Shown: one piece after another, positions 60,948 to 64,000 of the stretch
How the letters are laid out: the number at the start of each line of letters is the position of its first letter
How positions within the stretch are numbered: position 1 is the first letter of the stretch
Notes under the pieces: model-generated
What the model saw: only the letters and a program-made list of their open reading frames with translations
Told to the model about the DNA's origin: nothing
Databases searched by the model: none
DNA from: Gammaproteobacteria bacterium
GTDB taxonomy: Bacteria; Pseudomonadota; Gammaproteobacteria; GCA-001735895
Reading direction: 5' to 3'
Assembly: GCA_029862005.1 (NCBI GenBank)
Contig: JAOTYD010000008.1
Coordinates: 4,472 to 68,471, forward strand
Length of the DNA stretch: 64,000 nt
Program-made: the position numbers and the translations under genes

Positions 60948-61148
60948 ATGGACGAAGAAGCCCTGAACATGTCGATACGCAAATTTCTGAAGAAAGTCGG
61001 TATTACATCGCAGCGCGAAATCGAACGTGCAATAGATATCGCCAATACCGAGGGACGCCTAGACGGCAATCCGGTCAGGGTCAAGATCACGCTGGAATGC
61101 GATCTGATCGACGACGCCCTGTCGATCGAAGACGAAATCAAGTACTAG
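60948..61148 (+). CDS. Small hypothetical protein (66 aa)
   Basis: Internal ATG with a GGTAGTAATG context. The longer ORF from 60831 lacks a ribosome-binding site. Confidence 0.35.
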   Translation: MDEEALNMSIRKFLKKVGITSQREIERAIDIANTEGRLDGNPVRVKITLECDLIDDALSIEDEIKY

Positions 61149-61163
61149 CAGCGGGCGCGAACC

Positions 61164-61685
61164 ATGAGTCAGGATCGAGAATTCGTGCCCTTGAGGATAG
61201 CGGTATTGACCGTGTCTGACTCGCGCGACGAGGCAACCGACAAGTCGGGCGCCTTACTGGTTAAAATGCTTGGCGCATCGGGCCACCCGCTCGCCGAGAA
61301 AGCCATCGTTCCGGACAACAAGTATCGCATTCGTGAAGTGGTCTCGCGCTGGATTGCCGATGAATCGCTGCCGGTTGTTTTAACCACCGGGGGTACTGGT
61401 GTTACCGGCCGTGACGGTACCCCCGAAGCGGTCACGCCGTTGCTCGATAAGGTTATCGACGGTTTTGGTGAAACCTTTCGCAGCCTTTCCTACCAGACTA
61501 TCGGCACCTCGACCCTGCAATCGCGTGCGATAGCGGGCGTGGCCAACGGTACCTATATATTTTGCCTGCCGGGTTCTGCGGGAGCCTGCAAGGATGCCTG
61601 GACGCAGTTGATCAGTAGCCAGCTTGATTACCGAACTCGTCCCTGTAACCTGGTTGAGTTGATGCCGCGATTACGCGAAACCTAG
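61164..61685 (+). CDS. moaB: Molybdenum cofactor biosynthesis protein MoaB/MogA family
   Basis: LTTGGTGVTGRD motif. Confidence 0.8.
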   Translation: MSQDREFVPLRIAVLTVSDSRDEATDKSGALLVKMLGASGHPLAEKAIVPDNKYRIREVVSRWIADESLPVVLTTGGTGVTGRDGTPEAVTPLLDKVIDGFGETFRSLSYQTIGTSTLQSRAIAGVANGTYIFCLPGSAGACKDAWTQLISSQLDYRTRPCNLVELMPRLRET

Positions 61686-61733
61686 AATTCAGATACTTCG
61701 GTTTCATCGTGGTCAGTTGTCTGCTAGTATCGG

Positions 61734-62597
61734 CTAGCTTGCGCTCTTGCGTACCGGCCGGGCTGGCGGAATCTCGTCGAACTCGATCAGTTCGCCACCG
61801 TGGTAAACCAGGAAATGCCGACCCTTGGCCCGGGCGATCAGGGTTACCCCGACCTGCTGTGCAATCTCGAGACCCATGGCAGTAATCCCGGAACGCGACA
61901 GTAAAACCGGTATCTCCATTAACGCGACCTTGATGACCATTTCCGATGTCAGGCGCCCGGTAGTGTAAAAGAGCTTGTCATGTCCCTGCAGGTCGTTGAG
62001 CCACATGTAACCCGCGATCGCATCGACCGCATTGTGCCGGCCGACATCCTCGATAAACTGTTCGATACCCTGGGATTCACTGCACAGGGCGCAACCGTGT
62101 ACGGCACCGGCATTCTTGTAAATTTCGTTGAATTCATTGAGCTGGTTGAGCAGCGCGTAAATCGCAGATTGCCTGAGTGCCGGCGGTTGCAGCGATATCT
62201 TGTCGATGTCCTCCATCAAGTCGCCAAATACTGTTCCCTGGCCGCATCCGGTGGTGACCGTTTTACGACCGAGCTTGGCGTCGAGATCTTCGATACCATC
62301 GTGCGTGGTAATTGCGACCGCCTCGGCCTCCCAGTCAACCTGGATCGCCTTGATCGCCTCGATATCATCGATCATCCGCTGGTTACGCAGCCAACCCAGG
62401 ATCAGTAACTCGGGGTGATTGCCGAGCGTCATCAGGGTAACGATTTCACGCTTGTCGAGATATATCGTGAGCGCGCGTTCCACGGCTATCGCGCCTTCCA
62501 CCGGCTCGTTGTATTCGTTGCAGGCGATAACATTGGCCGTGGCCTTGAGGCCGGCATTACTGAGTTGGGGAAGGCGTCGCTGCGGGACGGAAGTCAT
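61734..62597 (-). CDS. fdhD: Sulfurtransferase FdhD (formate dehydrogenase accessory protein)
   Basis: FdhD/NarQ fold blocks (GRHNAVD, conserved Cys in TGCGQG). Confidence 0.85.
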   Translation of the reverse strand: MTSVPQRRLPQLSNAGLKATANVIACNEYNEPVEGAIAVERALTIYLDKREIVTLMTLGNHPELLILGWLRNQRMIDDIEAIKAIQVDWEAEAVAITTHDGIEDLDAKLGRKTVTTGCGQGTVFGDLMEDIDKISLQPPALRQSAIYALLNQLNEFNEIYKNAGAVHGCALCSESQGIEQFIEDVGRHNAVDAIAGYMWLNDLQGHDKLFYTTGRLTSEMVIKVALMEIPVLLSRSGITAMGLEIAQQVGVTLIARAKGRHFLVYHGGELIEFDEIPPARPVRKSAS

Positions 62598-62622
62598 GGG
62601 ATAGGCCCTTGGGTAAAAGGTA

Positions 62623-63660
62623 CTAACCGCCGGTGAGATTCATGTGGCGCAGCAGTATTTCCTGGGAATTGAGGTTGAAATCATGTCCCTTCGGCTTGAT
62701 TTGCATCGAGTCGATGATAGCCTGCTCGAGCGCTTCCGGATTACCGGGATTGGCCCGAATAACATGGCGCAGATCAAGCGAATGCTCCTGCCCCAGGCAT
62801 AACAGCAGGCGCCCCTCTGCAGTCACACGCACGCGATTGCAGGATTCGCAGAAGTTATGGCTGTGCGGCGAAATAAAGCCAACCCGGGTATTGTCTTGTT
62901 GGGTGAGCTGATAATAGCGAGACGGGCCTGCAGTAGTCATTGTGCTGGGTACGATCTCGAAGTGTTGTTCGAGATCTTCGAGAATCTGGTCGCTAGAATA
63001 ATAGGCAACGGCACGGTCATGATGGTCGTTCTGGCCGAGTGGCATTTCCTCGATAAAGCTGATGTCGATGCCGCGATCGATACAATAGTTTACCAGGTCG
63101 AGAATTTCGTCATGGTTGTGGTTTCTCAGTACCACGGTATTTATCTTGATCTGATCGAAATTGCAGGCGATTGCCGCGTCGATGCCATCGAGTGTCTTTT
63201 TGAGTTCGCCAACCCGCGTCATTTCACGGAAGCGTTCCGGGCGTAGCGTATCCAGGCTGACATTAATGCGCGTCACACCGGCGTCCTTTAAAGGGCGCGC
63301 ATACTTCTCGAGCTGGGTTGCATTGGTGGTCAGCGTCAGGTCACGCAGGCCTTCGCTGGCACCCAGGTTGTTGAACAATTGCATAATATTTCTTCGCACC
63401 AGTGGCTCGCCACCCGTGATACGAATCTTGTCCACGCCGAGTTTGATAAAGGCCCTGCCCACGCTTTCCATTTCTTCGAGCGTCAACAACTGTGTGCGCG
63501 GCACGAATTTCATCTTTTCCGGCATGCAGTAAACACAGCGCAGGTCACAGCGGTCAGTAACCGACAGACGCACGTAACTGACCGTGCGCCCGTAGCGGTC
63601 GATGAGCTGGTTCTGTGGAGTTGTCTCGGCCATGGGACGAGCTATTCTAGCAACGATCAC
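62623..63660 (-). CDS. moaA: GTP 3',8-cyclase MoaA (radical SAM)
   Basis: CDLRCVYCMP radical-SAM cluster motif and a C-terminal second cluster (CESCNRVR). Confidence 0.9.
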   Translation of the reverse strand: MIVARIARPMAETTPQNQLIDRYGRTVSYVRLSVTDRCDLRCVYCMPEKMKFVPRTQLLTLEEMESVGRAFIKLGVDKIRITGGEPLVRRNIMQLFNNLGASEGLRDLTLTTNATQLEKYARPLKDAGVTRINVSLDTLRPERFREMTRVGELKKTLDGIDAAIACNFDQIKINTVVLRNHNHDEILDLVNYCIDRGIDISFIEEMPLGQNDHHDRAVAYYSSDQILEDLEQHFEIVPSTMTTAGPSRYYQLTQQDNTRVGFISPHSHNFCESCNRVRVTAEGRLLLCLGQEHSLDLRHVIRANPGNPEALEQAIIDSMQIKPKGHDFNLNSQEILLRHMNLTGG

Positions 63661-63827
63661 GTGATTTAGAAACGGCAGAATTGTTAGGGTCTTTACCCGG
63701 TTGAGTCCGCGTCAATGGTGGAATTCACAAGCCCTGGTTCTGGTACAGTAAATTAAATTTGCTGGCACTAGTTCGCATCTGGTAGCTCCATATACTTTGC
63801 GCATTCTTACCCACCAGGACCGGAGTC

Positions 63828-64000
63828 ATGTTGATAGGTGTTCCCAAGGAAATCAAGAACCACGAGTACCGCGTCGGGATGGCACCCGCGAGTGTGCGCG
63901 AGGCGATAAAACACGGCCATAAAGTGATGGTCGAAACCAATGCCGGCGACGGTATCGGTGTTAGCGATGCCGAGTACGAAAAAATCGGCGCACAAGTCGT
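63828..64000 (+). CDS. ald: Alanine dehydrogenase (3' end lies outside the window)
   Basis: MLIGVPKEIKNHEYRVGMAP ... GHKVMVE is the conserved alanine dehydrogenase / PNT N-terminus. Confidence 0.65.
   Translation, partial: MLIGVPKEIKNHEYRVGMAPASVREAIKHGHKVMVETNAGDGIGVSDAEYEKIGAQV

Noticed and set aside
55090-62597. Possible selenocysteine (in-frame TGA) in the AOR or FdhD genes.
   Set aside because: Both ORFs are uninterrupted, with no in-frame TGA. The only in-frame stop anomaly in the window is the TAG in the YyaL-like gene.

Overview
This is a ~64 kb chromosomal segment from a Gram-negative bacterium, probably a beta- or gammaproteobacterium, with GC about 58-60% and genes packed on both strands. 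There is no transposase, integrase, tRNA, rRNA or CRISPR array. Reading left to right: (1) A translationally coupled operon of a histidinol-dehydrogenase paralog, a short-chain dehydrogenase (SDR) and a Zn-dependent alcohol dehydrogenase (ADH), resembling the hpsNOP layout, sits next to a complete Rhizobium-type glycerol locus. That locus encodes GlpK, GlpD, a DUF2160-like protein, two permeases, two ATPases (one with a degenerate signature motif), a DeoR-family regulator and a large substrate-binding protein (SBP). (2) A small group of redox genes follows: a flavodoxin-like protein, an SDR, an AstE/AspA-family hydrolase, a GFA-family protein and a hemerythrin. (3) An operon of a roughly 12-heme periplasmic cytochrome c, a membrane-anchored TPR protein and a secreted protein lies downstream of a perfect FNR/FixK-type box (TTGACATATGTCAA). 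(4) A mosaic catabolic island for N-methylated amines or amino-acid derivatives contains an RpiR regulator, a Rieske oxygenase, a class III aminotransferase, a divergent DMGDH-family demethylase, two enolase-superfamily enzymes, an N-formylglutamate amidohydrolase, a 2OG-Fe(II) oxygenase, a ferredoxin with its reductase, a group II PLP decarboxylase and a GATase1 protein. It also holds a thioredoxin-like YyaL-family gene interrupted by a single in-frame amber codon. (5) A long minus-strand unit links a DUF1285-like protein, a class IV aminotransferase and a sulfotransferase-like protein to an Opp/Dpp-type ABC importer and a Cys-type sulfatase. (6) A pterin-cofactor island (moeA, moaD, moeB, mobAB, moaB, fdhD, moaA) embeds an AorABC-type, presumably tungsten-dependent, aldehyde:ferredoxin oxidoreductase with its own MoaD-like protein. 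(7) A family of REP-like hairpin repeats, with core ATYCCCGC-N4-GCGGGRAT followed by GATGAC, recurs in at least seven intergenic sites. Calls rest on motif-level reading of the supplied translations. No database searches were run, so family assignments are provisional.
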